Of a DNA stretch of 64,000 bases, positions 48,262 through 58,721 are shown piece by piece. Where the stretch lies: sequence record OP599913.1, one strand, 5' to 3'. Below the pieces are notes generated by a model. It had not been told where the DNA came from, searched no databases, and saw nothing but the letters and a program-made list of their open reading frames with translations. The first letter of the stretch is position 1. Every line of letters starts with the position of its first letter. Position numbers and translations under genes: made by a program.

Positions 48262-49145
48262 TGAATATCTTTGAATACGTGAAGGGTGTTAAGACGTTCA
48301 AGAAGAACGAACTGATAACCAAGCTCACTACCCTCACGGTGGCCAGTAACGACCTGATTTCGAACCTCGAACGAATGGTGGCGAATAAGGTGGATTTGAG
48401 CCATGAAATCAATCAGTGGGTGATTACCAAGAGTATTGTTCGCGAACTGGACAATAACGGGTACCGGGGTGTAGGCTTGGTGGGTGCTACCCGGGGATCG
48501 TGTGAAACGATTGTCAGTTTGGTCCCCGGGCTGACGAAACGGGTGAATGGGTATAAAGACGAAGTCTGGGACGGTAAGCTCCTGACCTTGCGTCAAGTCA
48601 ATATCCTGAACCTGATGGAACACGTGGAGTATTGGTTGAAATACACCAATATGGTCTACAGTGTTCTGCTGGACTTGAACAATCAGTCAGTCACCACCCC
48701 TGAGAAGGCCTTGGATAAGGCTGACTTGAAACTGGTGAATGGGACCCTGGAGTTCTACAAGTCGGTTACCTTGGACCTCCTGAAAGGCTCTCGCCGTCTC
48801 CTGGAGGGTCTGGATGATCTTCCGGATGTGGAAGTCAATGAAACCTCGTTGGCTGTTCTGGAAGCCACTGATCCTAAAGCCGCTCCGGATTACCTGAAGC
48901 GAGGCTTTGGGGTCCATTTGCTGAATCCGAAGTATTGGATCAGTTTGGCGAACATGAACCTGAACATTGCACGTATCGAGAAGATGCGTCGGGACAACGA
49001 ACTCTTCGCCATGAAGATCTCGAAAGCCGTGAACATGAAGAACGGTGTCAACGATGCTGAAATCGATCGTCAGATCGAGGTGCTTCAGGACGAGATCATC
49101 AAGAACGTTAACGCCATCGAAACCATCGAGAGACGCTATGAATAG
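48261..49145 (+). CDS. Inner head protein (gp90-like position)
   Basis: TAATG coupling; coiled-coil C-terminus. Confidence 0.6.
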   Translation: MNIFEYVKGVKTFKKNELITKLTTLTVASNDLISNLERMVANKVDLSHEINQWVITKSIVRELDNNGYRGVGLVGATRGSCETIVSLVPGLTKRVNGYKDEVWDGKLLTLRQVNILNLMEHVEYWLKYTNMVYSVLLDLNNQSVTTPEKALDKADLKLVNGTLEFYKSVTLDLLKGSRRLLEGLDDLPDVEVNETSLAVLEATDPKAAPDYLKRGFGVHLLNPKYWISLANMNLNIARIEKMRRDNELFAMKISKAVNMKNGVNDAEIDRQIEVLQDEIIKNVNAIETIERRYE

Positions 49146-49650
49146 TTTTCGTCGCTCCCCCAATGGGTTTGTGAACGCAAAGCTGACGGATGCGGAGATG
49201 ACGGAGGCTTTTACTAACCTCAATCTCCTCCGGAAGGATGCGTACAGTGATTTCGAATTGGTCATCAAAGGTCATGTGGCCATTGAAACCATTCGGGATG
49301 TCACTCGATTGGTGGGTCCCAGTTTCCGTCAGTTTATGGAAGCCAACTACGACAGTGGCCGTGGACCTATTGCAGGATTGATCAAAGACATTGTTCATTA
49401 CCTCAATGGGCGTATGGGTCACCACTCGCTGATTACGTCACTTCGTATTGAGGAGCGTAAACTCCTGAGTGCGTCTAAAGTGCGTAAAGCGACCTACCGC
49501 CAAACCCAAACCACGGGCAGTCCGCTTCCGCTCCTGGAAGACGGTTACATCGTCCACGATTACGATCTCTATCGCCTAATGTCCGGTATCAGTCCTTCCA
49601 ATGTAGGGCGGACTTTGTTGCTACTGGGCGGTGAGAATTACTACAGCTGA
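49138..49650 (+). CDS. Virion protein (gp91-like position)
   Basis: ATG 49138 overlapping upstream stop. Confidence 0.55.
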   Translation: MNSFRRSPNGFVNAKLTDAEMTEAFTNLNLLRKDAYSDFELVIKGHVAIETIRDVTRLVGPSFRQFMEANYDSGRGPIAGLIKDIVHYLNGRMGHHSLITSLRIEERKLLSASKVRKATYRQTQTTGSPLPLLEDGYIVHDYDLYRLMSGISPSNVGRTLLLLGGENYYS

Positions 49651-49672
49651 CCCTTAGGTGGAGAAGAGTGCA

Positions 49673-50968
49673 ATGAATGATGATGAAAAGACGTTGGCTG
49701 CTGAAATGGCTGCGGTCAGTGTAGTCAAATCCCAGGAGATCGTGGAAGCCGCCCGTTCCACGGCGGAACTGTCGGAGTACCAAAACAGCCTCGACGATCT
49801 GTTCGATCGTGTGATTGAAGTCCAACGCACGTTGAACACCCTGGAAGCTCACGAGGTGACGCCGGAGTTGGCTGAACAGCTCGATAAAGACCTGATTGCC
49901 GCAGAAGCCCTCCCAGAGGCCGTAGAAGGGGCGGAAGCCTTGGGGCTTACCCTTCTCCCTAAGGCATACCTTGCAACGCGTCTAGCGGGCTGTGAGAGCT
50001 TCCTGAGCGACTTCTTTAAGAGCTCCCGGGAAGTAGTCAGTTTGATTGGAACCTTCTTCCGGGATTCGTACGTTCTCTTTATGGAATCCCAGGAGAGTCT
50101 GAGTAAGCAGATTGACCTTCTGGAAACCCGGTTGTCCTCTGTCGAGAAGTTTGGGAGTCAAGGTACCTTTATCCTGGGTCACCGTCTCTTTAACCGGTTT
50201 AAGATCAACGGTAAAGTGGATGAGAACTGGTCCGGTAACCTGACCAAGCTCAATCAAACCCTGTCGGGTCTGAGTAATAACTACTACCTCAACAGCAAGA
50301 ATGCGTTGGCGGCATCGTTCAGTTACTTCGGTGGGTTTGCGGGTCTGACCCAAGTGGAGGTTGATGAACGCCTCTGCATGATGCCGGTGAGTCTGCCATC
50401 AACGCCGTTTAAGGAATGTACTTATCCGGATAAACGCCGTTCGGGACCTAACGTGGTGGCTAAACGGTCGGTCGAGCTGATGGGTGGTGCATACTTCTAC
50501 GATGTTCGCAGTACTGTTAAACCGGTGATCCTGAAGAACCCTGAAGACATTCAAGACTTTGTGATCCGTTACACTGAAATTGATCACACCGGTTTCGATA
50601 ACAACGAAGAGTATACCCTTCGGGATGTTGGGGCTGAAGTGAAGGCGTTGTCGAGTGAAGACATTAAGACCGTCATCAAACTCCTGCGTCAGCTCTTGAA
50701 AGACTGGGGTAAGGTCTTTGAGATGGCGGAGACCTACCGGGTAACGGATTCGGATTACAACGACATCATTAAAGGTTTCCTGGAAGCCGATATCAGTGAT
50801 GAAGCGAAGACGGTGCTGTCGAAGACGTTCGCTAAAGTCGTTCGTAAGAACCAAACCGAGCTCTTGGGTATTCGCGCTGAGGTCTCGAACTATCTCACCC
50901 TGATTGTTAACGGGATGGTGTCTATCTGTAACGATTCCATTGGGCTTTACGAAGAAAGCCTGGACTAA
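49673..50968 (+). CDS. Internal head protein, phiKZ_IP-like family
   Basis: Acidic propeptide, EGAE and AGCE|SF sites. Confidence 0.65.
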   Translation: MNDDEKTLAAEMAAVSVVKSQEIVEAARSTAELSEYQNSLDDLFDRVIEVQRTLNTLEAHEVTPELAEQLDKDLIAAEALPEAVEGAEALGLTLLPKAYLATRLAGCESFLSDFFKSSREVVSLIGTFFRDSYVLFMESQESLSKQIDLLETRLSSVEKFGSQGTFILGHRLFNRFKINGKVDENWSGNLTKLNQTLSGLSNNYYLNSKNALAASFSYFGGFAGLTQVEVDERLCMMPVSLPSTPFKECTYPDKRRSGPNVVAKRSVELMGGAYFYDVRSTVKPVILKNPEDIQDFVIRYTEIDHTGFDNNEEYTLRDVGAEVKALSSEDIKTVIKLLRQLLKDWGKVFEMAETYRVTDSDYNDIIKGFLEADISDEAKTVLSKTFAKVVRKNQTELLGIRAEVSNYLTLIVNGMVSICNDSIGLYEESLD

Positions 50969-50981
50969 GCGGGGTGAGGGT

Positions 50982-51995
50982 ATGAGCGCGGGTTATAAAA
51001 GCCAATACGTTGATGCCCTCGAACAACACCAGGACCTGATGCAGGCTCACTCAGAACTCCTTGAGTTGGGCAGTATCATGGGAATGGATGATGTCGAGGG
51101 CAGTGAGGCGTTGAAAGAAGCCGCCATGGACAGCTTGTCTTCGGTAGGTCGGGGTTTGTTCAGTGTGAGTAAATGGGTCGGGGGTAAAGCGATTGATGGC
51201 TTTATTCGTGGTATGACGTCCGCAGGTAATCAACTGAACAAGAGTTTCAATGACAACCAAGGACTTATTAAAAATGTCCTTAAAGACGCTGGTAAGGTGG
51301 CTGACAAAGATATTCAGGTTACTGGCAAGAAGATTGGACTGATTACCGCGACCGGTAATCCTGACCGTATTCTCCACGACATGGATCTTCTGGTTAAGGA
51401 CCTCGAAGTCGTTGAACAACACGCCAAAGACCTGATGGGGTTCTTGGACCGTGAATTGGTGACCTTGAAGCAATTGAAATCGGCTAAGAAGTCCGAAGAC
51501 ATTCACAAGGTCATTGATGCGTTCAATGAGTTGGAATACCCGGTTATGAAGTTCGCCGACCGGTTGGATAAGGCGTATAAGTCTGAGGTGCTACCGGGTG
51601 GTCGTTTCTTCCTCTTCAAACAGGAAGAAGACGATAAACCTGCGGTGTATTCCATTGGGGGTGAACCGCATGAAGGGGAAGGGGTGACCCTGAACCTGTC
51701 TAAAACCGAGGTCACTGACATCCTGAATAAACTCGGGAAGGTCAATGCGTTGCACTTGCGGGTTAAGGCATCGTATGAGAGTTATCTCGGATTCATCAAA
51801 TCTTGGGCTGAAATGGTCAAAGGTGTTGATGGTAACTTGAGTCAATTGGATCAAGTGAGTAAGACGGTAATAGGCGAAGCTGAGAAGCTGATGGCCGGGA
51901 ACATGGGGGCTCTCGCATTTTATAGCGGATTCACTCCTCGTGTGGTCGGTTATACCGATAAGTACATTCATGGTGTACTTGGGGTATTCGCTTGA
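50982..51995 (+). CDS. Internal head protein, phiKZ_IP-like family
   Basis: EGSE|A site; C-terminal helix shared in pattern with neighbours. Confidence 0.65.
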   Translation: MSAGYKSQYVDALEQHQDLMQAHSELLELGSIMGMDDVEGSEALKEAAMDSLSSVGRGLFSVSKWVGGKAIDGFIRGMTSAGNQLNKSFNDNQGLIKNVLKDAGKVADKDIQVTGKKIGLITATGNPDRILHDMDLLVKDLEVVEQHAKDLMGFLDRELVTLKQLKSAKKSEDIHKVIDAFNELEYPVMKFADRLDKAYKSEVLPGGRFFLFKQEEDDKPAVYSIGGEPHEGEGVTLNLSKTEVTDILNKLGKVNALHLRVKASYESYLGFIKSWAEMVKGVDGNLSQLDQVSKTVIGEAEKLMAGNMGALAFYSGFTPRVVGYTDKYIHGVLGVFA

Positions 51996-52047
51996 TTTGT
52001 TTATAAACAATCATTCCATTTCGTTAACGAAACAAAGGAAACAACTC

Positions 52048-53304
52048 ATGAGTATTCTCGATCGCTACACTGGCATGGAAGAGCTTCTGGAAAACGGCGC
52101 GGACAACCTCGAAGGTGGTGTGACCGAAGCCGCTGTCGAAGAAGTTCGTGCTGACATCGCCGAGGTTGTGGCAGAGGTAGAACAGGTCGCGGCTGAAGTC
52201 GAAGAACTGCGCGATGACCTGGAAGAGCACGAAGAAGTCGTCGAAGAACTGGCTGAAGAAGTCGAAGGCCTGGAAAGCATGCTGAGCTCGGGTCAGTTCA
52301 GCTCCGTTGGTTTCGCTCACAGCTACAACAAGGCCCTGCGCCTGAACGCCAAGCTGGGTGGCCAATCCTTCGAACGCCTGGGTGCGGAATCCATCTCCGA
52401 CGCTGCCACCGCCAAGATCGCTTCGGTGACCGGCGTTGAAGCCTTCATGGACACCGTGAAGAATGCCGGTAAGAAAGCCGCCGAGTTCATCAAGGCGATC
52501 TTCAACACCGTCATCAACTTCTTCGTGGGTCTGTTCAGCACCGCTGCCGGTATCGACCGTCGTCGTGCTCAGCTCGCCGACAAACTCGGTAAAGCCGACA
52601 AGCTGAAAGAGAAAATCAAGCTGGGCAAATGGAACGTCGGTATCGACTACGCCAAGAACGGCGCGGACATCCTGGACAAAGGTCCGTTTACCAAAGTCCT
52701 GAGCGAATCCCTGCCGGCCTTCATCGACATCGGCAAGAACCTCGACGGCGTCAACGCCTCCCAGTTCAAGACTGCGTACAACAGCCTGGTCGCTGACGTC
52801 AAAGCCGTTGTGAAAGAAACCGGTGGCAATGCCGCTGAGAAAGGTTCCGGTGACAAGCGTCAAGTCCTGGCTGCACGTGCCGGCTTCGGCATCTACCTGA
52901 CCTACGAAGAGAAGGTCGATACCGACGAAGACGTCCTGGCTGCCGCGCGTTCCGTCAAGCTGTCCTTCGGCAAGAACAAGGAAGCCGCCGAGTTCGCCAA
53001 AGGCGAAGTGGCTGTCAAGGCAACCAAAGCACAACTGGAAAGCCTGCTGAAAACTGTGAGCGCTACTGTATTCGTTCTGAAAGACAGCAAGATCAGCCAG
53101 AAGTTCTCCAAGGCTGAGCGTGACCGTGTCGTCGGCACCCTGAACGCCAAAGGTGGTGACAAAGACGCCAAGGCGGGCACCGACAAGGCGATCAAACTGG
53201 TGCGCGCGCTGTACAGCACCGGTGCAAGCCTGACCCAGTCGGTCAACCGTCTGCTGGCTTACCAAGCCAAGCAATCGCTGGATCTGGTTGCGGCTCACCT
53301 GTAA
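52048..53304 (+). CDS. Abundant internal head (inner body) protein, phiKZ gp93-like family
   Basis: Glu-rich propeptide, TGME/EGLE/LGAE/TGVE|AF sites, strongest codon bias in the right half, own terminator. Confidence 0.7.
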   Translation: MSILDRYTGMEELLENGADNLEGGVTEAAVEEVRADIAEVVAEVEQVAAEVEELRDDLEEHEEVVEELAEEVEGLESMLSSGQFSSVGFAHSYNKALRLNAKLGGQSFERLGAESISDAATAKIASVTGVEAFMDTVKNAGKKAAEFIKAIFNTVINFFVGLFSTAAGIDRRRAQLADKLGKADKLKEKIKLGKWNVGIDYAKNGADILDKGPFTKVLSESLPAFIDIGKNLDGVNASQFKTAYNSLVADVKAVVKETGGNAAEKGSGDKRQVLAARAGFGIYLTYEEKVDTDEDVLAAARSVKLSFGKNKEAAEFAKGEVAVKATKAQLESLLKTVSATVFVLKDSKISQKFSKAERDRVVGTLNAKGGDKDAKAGTDKAIKLVRALYSTGASLTQSVNRLLAYQAKQSLDLVAAHL

Positions 53305-53335
53305 GGTCGAGCGTTAGGATCTATTCCTAGAGGTA

Positions 53336-53372
53336 CTACAGGTAGGGGGATCTCCCCCTACCTGTAGCCTTT
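53336..53372 (+). terminator. Intrinsic terminator
   Basis: 15-bp stem CTACAGGTAGGGGGA/TCCCCCTACCTGTAG. Confidence 0.75.
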
Positions 53373-53431
53373 ATGTCGCAATACTGTAATTTCGATGCTA
53401 TGTACTCAACTTGACTATTAGGTTGTTAACG

Positions 53432-54478
53432 ATGAACACGCATCCTGTAGCACCCCTCCGATACGTGAATTCACCGACGGTGTATGAAGAGTATGAGGAG
53501 GATAGGGAGGGTTATGATCTAGTCAACGACGAAACGACTATGGTTGCACTCTCCAGAGAGAACGATAAGATCAGTGGATTAGAAAGTGTCTACAACTACG
53601 TTCTCCACCGACATCAGAATCGGTTGACTGCTTCGACCGGTACTGAGGGGTTTATTGATTCCGTTAAACACGGTATCAGTAAACTCATTCAAGTGGTTAA
53701 GGATTTCTTTAAGTGGATCTGGAGTTTCTTTGGGACCAAAGGGAAAGCCCTGAAAGACAAAGGAGATGAACTGGAGGTCGCTCTTAAAGCCAATGGTGTA
53801 CGGGAGGATGACATTCCGTATCCCAAAGCTGCCTTTTATATCTTCCCTAAAACGAGCAGGTTACCGTCGAATGTGGGGTGGGTAGGTACCGTCATCGGGG
53901 ATATTGAGGGTGGGATTAAGACGATTGAACGGTACAGTTCAAGTGTGGGGAACTTCTGTAAGGAATTGGGTCGTCTGATTGACCATTCGAAATACGCAGA
54001 ATTCACCACCAAACAGAGTGCCTTCTACCAAGAGGTTAAGGGTCTGTTAGGGGTGAATGCGAACCAGGAAGCCACACTGGTGTTTAAAGATGACCTGGTC
54101 GTGGGTAAGAACACCGTGGACGTGACGATTAACCTGACGCGGGAACTGGGTGTCTTGTCGAATGATCGAGTGAAGAACGCGACCTTTAAGACCAATGTCT
54201 CGCAGGTGCGTGAACTCCTGGTCAAGCACAATCACCTAACAGAATCCCTCAAGGACATGAACACCAAGGTCCATTCATTGGAGAATGACTTTGTAACGGC
54301 GTTAATGGCAAGTTTGGACGTTAAAGAGGCGTCTCCTGAAGCTCAGACTGTCATTAAGGAGATGAAAGCCGTGATTCGTAAAGCCATGGCGAGTCTTAAA
54401 GTCATGGAGACAGAAGTGTATCGGAGTGCTAACGCTGTTTACGCGGTGTTGGAAGCCGCTGTGAAGAGAAGGAGCTAA
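53432..54478 (+). CDS. Internal head protein paralog
   Basis: SGLES, TGTE|GF then KDFFKWIWSFF. Confidence 0.65.
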   Translation: MNTHPVAPLRYVNSPTVYEEYEEDREGYDLVNDETTMVALSRENDKISGLESVYNYVLHRHQNRLTASTGTEGFIDSVKHGISKLIQVVKDFFKWIWSFFGTKGKALKDKGDELEVALKANGVREDDIPYPKAAFYIFPKTSRLPSNVGWVGTVIGDIEGGIKTIERYSSSVGNFCKELGRLIDHSKYAEFTTKQSAFYQEVKGLLGVNANQEATLVFKDDLVVGKNTVDVTINLTRELGVLSNDRVKNATFKTNVSQVRELLVKHNHLTESLKDMNTKVHSLENDFVTALMASLDVKEASPEAQTVIKEMKAVIRKAMASLKVMETEVYRSANAVYAVLEAAVKRRS

Positions 54479-54483
54479 AGGCC

Positions 54484-54969
54484 ATGCAGCTTAGCTTATT
54501 GAATCAATCTGTTGTGGTGAAAGCCGCGCTGGGTGATTACACGGACATTAACCCTCGGTTTGGGATTACCACGAGGATTAATGATGAAGTGTTCAAATAC
54601 GCCCCTCATGGAGAACTGCGTCAGAGTGTCCTGATCGAACGCTTGGATCTTGGAGAATTCCTGAAGGGGATTCCCCAGGACATTAGCCAGGTGACGTATA
54701 AGGAGACCCCTGAGATCGTTGTGAGTCTTCTCCAGGAAAAGCTGGGGGTGAACCCAGAGGAACAGGAACCGATTGTTCAACCCAGCACCCCTCTCGTCCT
54801 CAAGGAGGATGATCCTCATACCACGTACTTTGAACTCTGGCGGAGTTTTGTAGGGCTACCCGGCCTCTACCGTCACGAAGTCGACTTGGGCCTGGTTAAC
54901 GACACTCTCATAATTGACGCACGTTACTCGACGATTTACAAGGGTAATGTCACCGTTAAGGTTAAGTAA
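54484..54969 (+). CDS. Virion structural protein
   Basis: 161 aa; C-terminal S.IYKG motif echoes SILWKG in the 56383 ORF. Confidence 0.5.
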   Translation: MQLSLLNQSVVVKAALGDYTDINPRFGITTRINDEVFKYAPHGELRQSVLIERLDLGEFLKGIPQDISQVTYKETPEIVVSLLQEKLGVNPEEQEPIVQPSTPLVLKEDDPHTTYFELWRSFVGLPGLYRHEVDLGLVNDTLIIDARYSTIYKGNVTVKVK

Positions 54970-54973
54970 GGGG

Positions 54974-56386
54974 ATGATGATGAACGCAGCCTATCGTTTA
55001 GGTTTGCTGGGGATGATCCTGGGGGAAGTGGATAAGGACGTTCTCTCCGAGGAGAAGACCCCCGAATTGGTTAACTACCTGGAAAAACATGGGGTTAGTC
55101 AATTAACTGAAGAACACATCATGGGCCAAATTGTCAGCACACTGAATATCATCAGTCGTGAGTTTGACTATTACGACGCCAGTGAGTTGAAAGTGAATAC
55201 TGTCCTGGACCGTTACCTGAAGGAAACCCTGAGCAGTATTGAGAATGGAATCTATCAATTCCCTCGGGATATTTCCATGCTGATTTGTTCGTTGGGGAAT
55301 AAGGGTGGGGCGTTTACGGAGACGGAAGGAGTAGGCGAACTGATCAGCACGGGTAAAGGGTTGGTCAATTACCTGCTGGAACAGGATGAGGATAGTCTGA
55401 AGCGTACTCCTGCTGAAGTGTATTCCGCTACCGCGCGTAAACTGGAATACATTGACAAGATTCTGAGTTTGGTGGATATCTTTGTAACCTCTCGTCAGGG
55501 GCTGTTGGCGGGCTTAGAAGAGTATGCGCCGATGGACTACACCTACCTCCATCCGATTGAGGTCAATCATTGGGGGGTTCCTGGGTTGGAGTGTGCGGGA
55601 GGTGATACCTGTGAATGCGGGTGTGTGCTCGACCACCCATTGCATGTTCTCCAGGGTCTGGAAGATTACCTGGATGGTATTCAAAGCACCGACCGTGATT
55701 ATTTCATGACTGTTGCTGAAATGAACGGGGTTAAACTCCGTTCCATTGAAGGGAGTGAGGGTCAAGTCTTTGACTCCATTAAAGCGGTTGCTCGGAACGC
55801 CTACCAAGCGGCTTTGAGTGGCTGGGAACAACTGAAAGCCTGGTACGAGTCGTCTGAGAAAGAGAAAGCCGACAACGATGCCGTAGCAAAGACTGGGGAG
55901 GACAATAAGAAAGCGGTCCAATCCATGCCCACCAAGAATGTCACCATCAACGACAAGGCACGTGAGGGGATTAAGACCCTAGCGGAGAAGGTGGATGTCT
56001 CTGGGGCAATGTCTCAGGTTGTGAATCGGCTTCGGACACCCACGGACGTAGGGGGTGTAATCGATGGACTGTTGGGTCTTCTTAAGAAAGAAGAAGTCAA
56101 CGGTGAGAAACTCCGGGCTGATAAGAAAGCGGTTGATACCACCCTGGCCGAATTGAGGAAAGCCTCTCAGCAGACCAGTGGGAATGATGAAGACAAAGAA
56201 GCGGTTAGTGCGGCTAAGGCAGCAGTACAGGAAACGGTTAAAGCTGCTAAAGAAGCCGTTGCGGAGGCCAAGAAGAAGATTGGTGAGCACGATAAGTTGG
56301 TTAAAGGTCTTCGTAAAGCCATTAAAGGTATTACACCCCACATCTTTATTAAAGAGGGTGGGAACACTGGGGGTACGAACACATGA
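54974..56386 (+). CDS. Head protein with long propeptide
   Basis: AGLE, PGLE, QGLE, EGSE|G sites; Lys/Ala-rich helical C-terminus. Confidence 0.6.
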   Translation: MMMNAAYRLGLLGMILGEVDKDVLSEEKTPELVNYLEKHGVSQLTEEHIMGQIVSTLNIISREFDYYDASELKVNTVLDRYLKETLSSIENGIYQFPRDISMLICSLGNKGGAFTETEGVGELISTGKGLVNYLLEQDEDSLKRTPAEVYSATARKLEYIDKILSLVDIFVTSRQGLLAGLEEYAPMDYTYLHPIEVNHWGVPGLECAGGDTCECGCVLDHPLHVLQGLEDYLDGIQSTDRDYFMTVAEMNGVKLRSIEGSEGQVFDSIKAVARNAYQAALSGWEQLKAWYESSEKEKADNDAVAKTGEDNKKAVQSMPTKNVTINDKAREGIKTLAEKVDVSGAMSQVVNRLRTPTDVGGVIDGLLGLLKKEEVNGEKLRADKKAVDTTLAELRKASQQTSGNDEDKEAVSAAKAAVQETVKAAKEAVAEAKKKIGEHDKLVKGLRKAIKGITPHIFIKEGGNTGGTNT

Positions 56387-57138
56387 AGACACTCCATCCA
56401 CGTGTCTTGGAACAGATCCAAACACAGCTGCCCAAAGACAGCGTTATCCTGGGTACTCAACCTGGAGATGAAGACGTCGGGTATGTGGTGGTTCAGTTGA
56501 ATAACGACGAAACCATACTCCCTATTCCAAAGAAGGATATTGGGGATTACATGGGGGTCAGTATTCCTGAACTCCCGGTGGCTGACCAAGAACCGTTGGC
56601 TCAGGTGTTTAAACGGCTCAGTAACACGTTTAAACTCTTCCTCGTGGAAGGGGTGGACTATACGGTTCCAGAAGGGAAAGTAGACCTGCCCAAGAATGCA
56701 CCTTCTCCTTTCCAGATGGTCACCCTGGAGATCGCTCCGACCAGTATCCTGTGGAAAGGGCGCCTGGTCCTTAAACTGCTCAATAAAGCCCGCTTAGGGC
56801 CTTCAGGGATTCTTAAAGTCACCGACTTGGATACCCCTCGTCTCCAGATGGCGTTAAGTTCTAAAATCTTCCAGGGGAATGGGAACCTCTTTACGGGGAA
56901 CCGGTCTCGGTTGTCTGACACCTTCTGTCAGCAGGTGGTGGATTACCTGAACGCCGTTAAGATCCAGTCAGTTACGGTGGATCGGTTGAAAGGGGGTGAA
57001 CTGATCGATAACGTTTCGGATTGTTTCTCAGGGTTGGTAATCATTAAGCTTGAGGAGGGTCCTCATCTCTTTATTCGGTACCGTTCCGAGGGGGAAGAAG
57101 ATCCCCAACCATCGCCCGGTGACGTAGACCCGGAATAA
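56383..57138 (+). CDS. Virion structural protein
   Basis: ATGA coupling; beta-rich. Confidence 0.5.
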   Translation: MKTLHPRVLEQIQTQLPKDSVILGTQPGDEDVGYVVVQLNNDETILPIPKKDIGDYMGVSIPELPVADQEPLAQVFKRLSNTFKLFLVEGVDYTVPEGKVDLPKNAPSPFQMVTLEIAPTSILWKGRLVLKLLNKARLGPSGILKVTDLDTPRLQMALSSKIFQGNGNLFTGNRSRLSDTFCQQVVDYLNAVKIQSVTVDRLKGGELIDNVSDCFSGLVIIKLEEGPHLFIRYRSEGEEDPQPSPGDVDPE

Positions 57139-57197
57139 CCAACGTCTGGTACTGGGGAGGGAGAAGGGGGGAACCCCTCTCCCTCCTAGACCGTATC

Positions 57198-58706
57198 GTG
57201 CAGGCAGTGAATATGCTTAAAACATTTGTTGAATGCGAAGAAAATTACGACGCTTATTTGCGTCCTGCGATTTATGATTCCATTAAGGCTGTATTGAACT
57301 TCTACGGGTTAGACTCCGCCACCGCCATTTACTACAACGGTGAGAATGAGATTGCGAAGACCGTAGGGAGCAATATGAGTGACGGTCCTCATGCAGATCG
57401 GTACACGGATGGAATTTTCAGGAACAAGATCTTTATTGTTCCTGAGGTGAACCGTAGTGAAGCTTGGACGAACCGTCGTCAGATGGTAGAACGACCCGTA
57501 CTGTACAACAAGGAACCGGGTATCCTGTTGTGCCCTACGTTTGAGAACAAACGGATTGATGTCAAAGTCGTGTCGATGTTCAACTCGGAGAACACCGCTC
57601 GGCAGATGAAAGACCGTATGAACCGGCTCAAGGAGAACCAAGTCGTTGACTTCACCTTCTCCCCAACGACTCATATGGTCATTAATCCTCCTATTCTGGA
57701 ATTCCTGGAGGTGATTTACGACCTCTTGAAGAAGAACAACCCGTCGGTACCCGACCCGTCTGAATGGCTGGGTGAGATGTGGCAATTTCCGGTGCGTGTG
57801 ATCAGTAACGTAGCGGGTAACCACAAACGGGTAGTTATCCCGCTTAAACAGAACCGAGTTGGTATTCAGTTCTCCGAACCCTTTGTAGCGAAGACGAATA
57901 AGAGCGCGACTTATGGTCGGTGGGAAGTGGAGTTTACGTACAGCTTCTTCTTCAATGATTTCATTGGGTGGGAGTTTGAGTATCCCCTGAACATTTATCA
58001 GGATGAAATACCCAGTCAGTATATTCCGAGAGTCCAACCTCAACATGAATTACCGGAGTTCATTAAAGCCGCTCCTGAAGTAGAAGCCGGTCGGGAGATT
58101 ATGTTCCCGGAAGGGTTCAGACACACCCCCTTCTATTTGAAGCTGCCTAAGCATGACCCTTGGGCGTGGCCGAACTTTGATTGGATGCAACCGGTGATCC
58201 AAGCACGGCTTAAAGTCGAGGATGAACCCACTCAGGTACTTTGTAACCTGTTTGATATTCCTGACTTTGTTTGGTATGACAATGCCAAGGCGTATTTACT
58301 TCGTCGTCATGCAGTTGCTTTCCAGCATTTTGAAACCCCTTTTCTGATTCAAGTCTTTGAAAATGACCAGTTAATTGCCCCTGAACACCTGACCCTGGAT
58401 GAGAAGGGGTCTATAACGCTCCACAGCAGGCCTGTTTTAAACAAAACGTATCGAGTAGTGGTAACCCTCGACTATGCGATAAGAGACTATTCTGACGCAT
58501 TCTGGAGCGATTTAATCGATCATCCTGAAGACTGGGGTATTTTGCCTCAAATCTTTGATTGGTTCGATTTCAGTGAAGTACCTGAACCGTGGTACTTACA
58601 CATCAACTACCTCCGGAAACACATCCATAAGGGATGGGGTCGTTGGACCGAGCGCTTTAACCGATATGAGATGGGCTTTGGCTTGTGGGCCTACCGGAAC
58701 GATTAA
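57198..58706 (+). CDS. Neck/tail-completion structural protein (gp98-like position)
   Basis: 502 aa; synteny only. Confidence 0.5.
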   Translation: MQAVNMLKTFVECEENYDAYLRPAIYDSIKAVLNFYGLDSATAIYYNGENEIAKTVGSNMSDGPHADRYTDGIFRNKIFIVPEVNRSEAWTNRRQMVERPVLYNKEPGILLCPTFENKRIDVKVVSMFNSENTARQMKDRMNRLKENQVVDFTFSPTTHMVINPPILEFLEVIYDLLKKNNPSVPDPSEWLGEMWQFPVRVISNVAGNHKRVVIPLKQNRVGIQFSEPFVAKTNKSATYGRWEVEFTYSFFFNDFIGWEFEYPLNIYQDEIPSQYIPRVQPQHELPEFIKAAPEVEAGREIMFPEGFRHTPFYLKLPKHDPWAWPNFDWMQPVIQARLKVEDEPTQVLCNLFDIPDFVWYDNAKAYLLRRHAVAFQHFETPFLIQVFENDQLIAPEHLTLDEKGSITLHSRPVLNKTYRVVVTLDYAIRDYSDAFWSDLIDHPEDWGILPQIFDWFDFSEVPEPWYLHINYLRKHIHKGWGRWTERFNRYEMGFGLWAYRND

Positions 58707-58721
58707 GAAGGAAATGAAACC

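Noticed and set aside
52024-53298. 424-aa antisense ORF opposite the inner-body gene
   Set aside because: Same shadow effect
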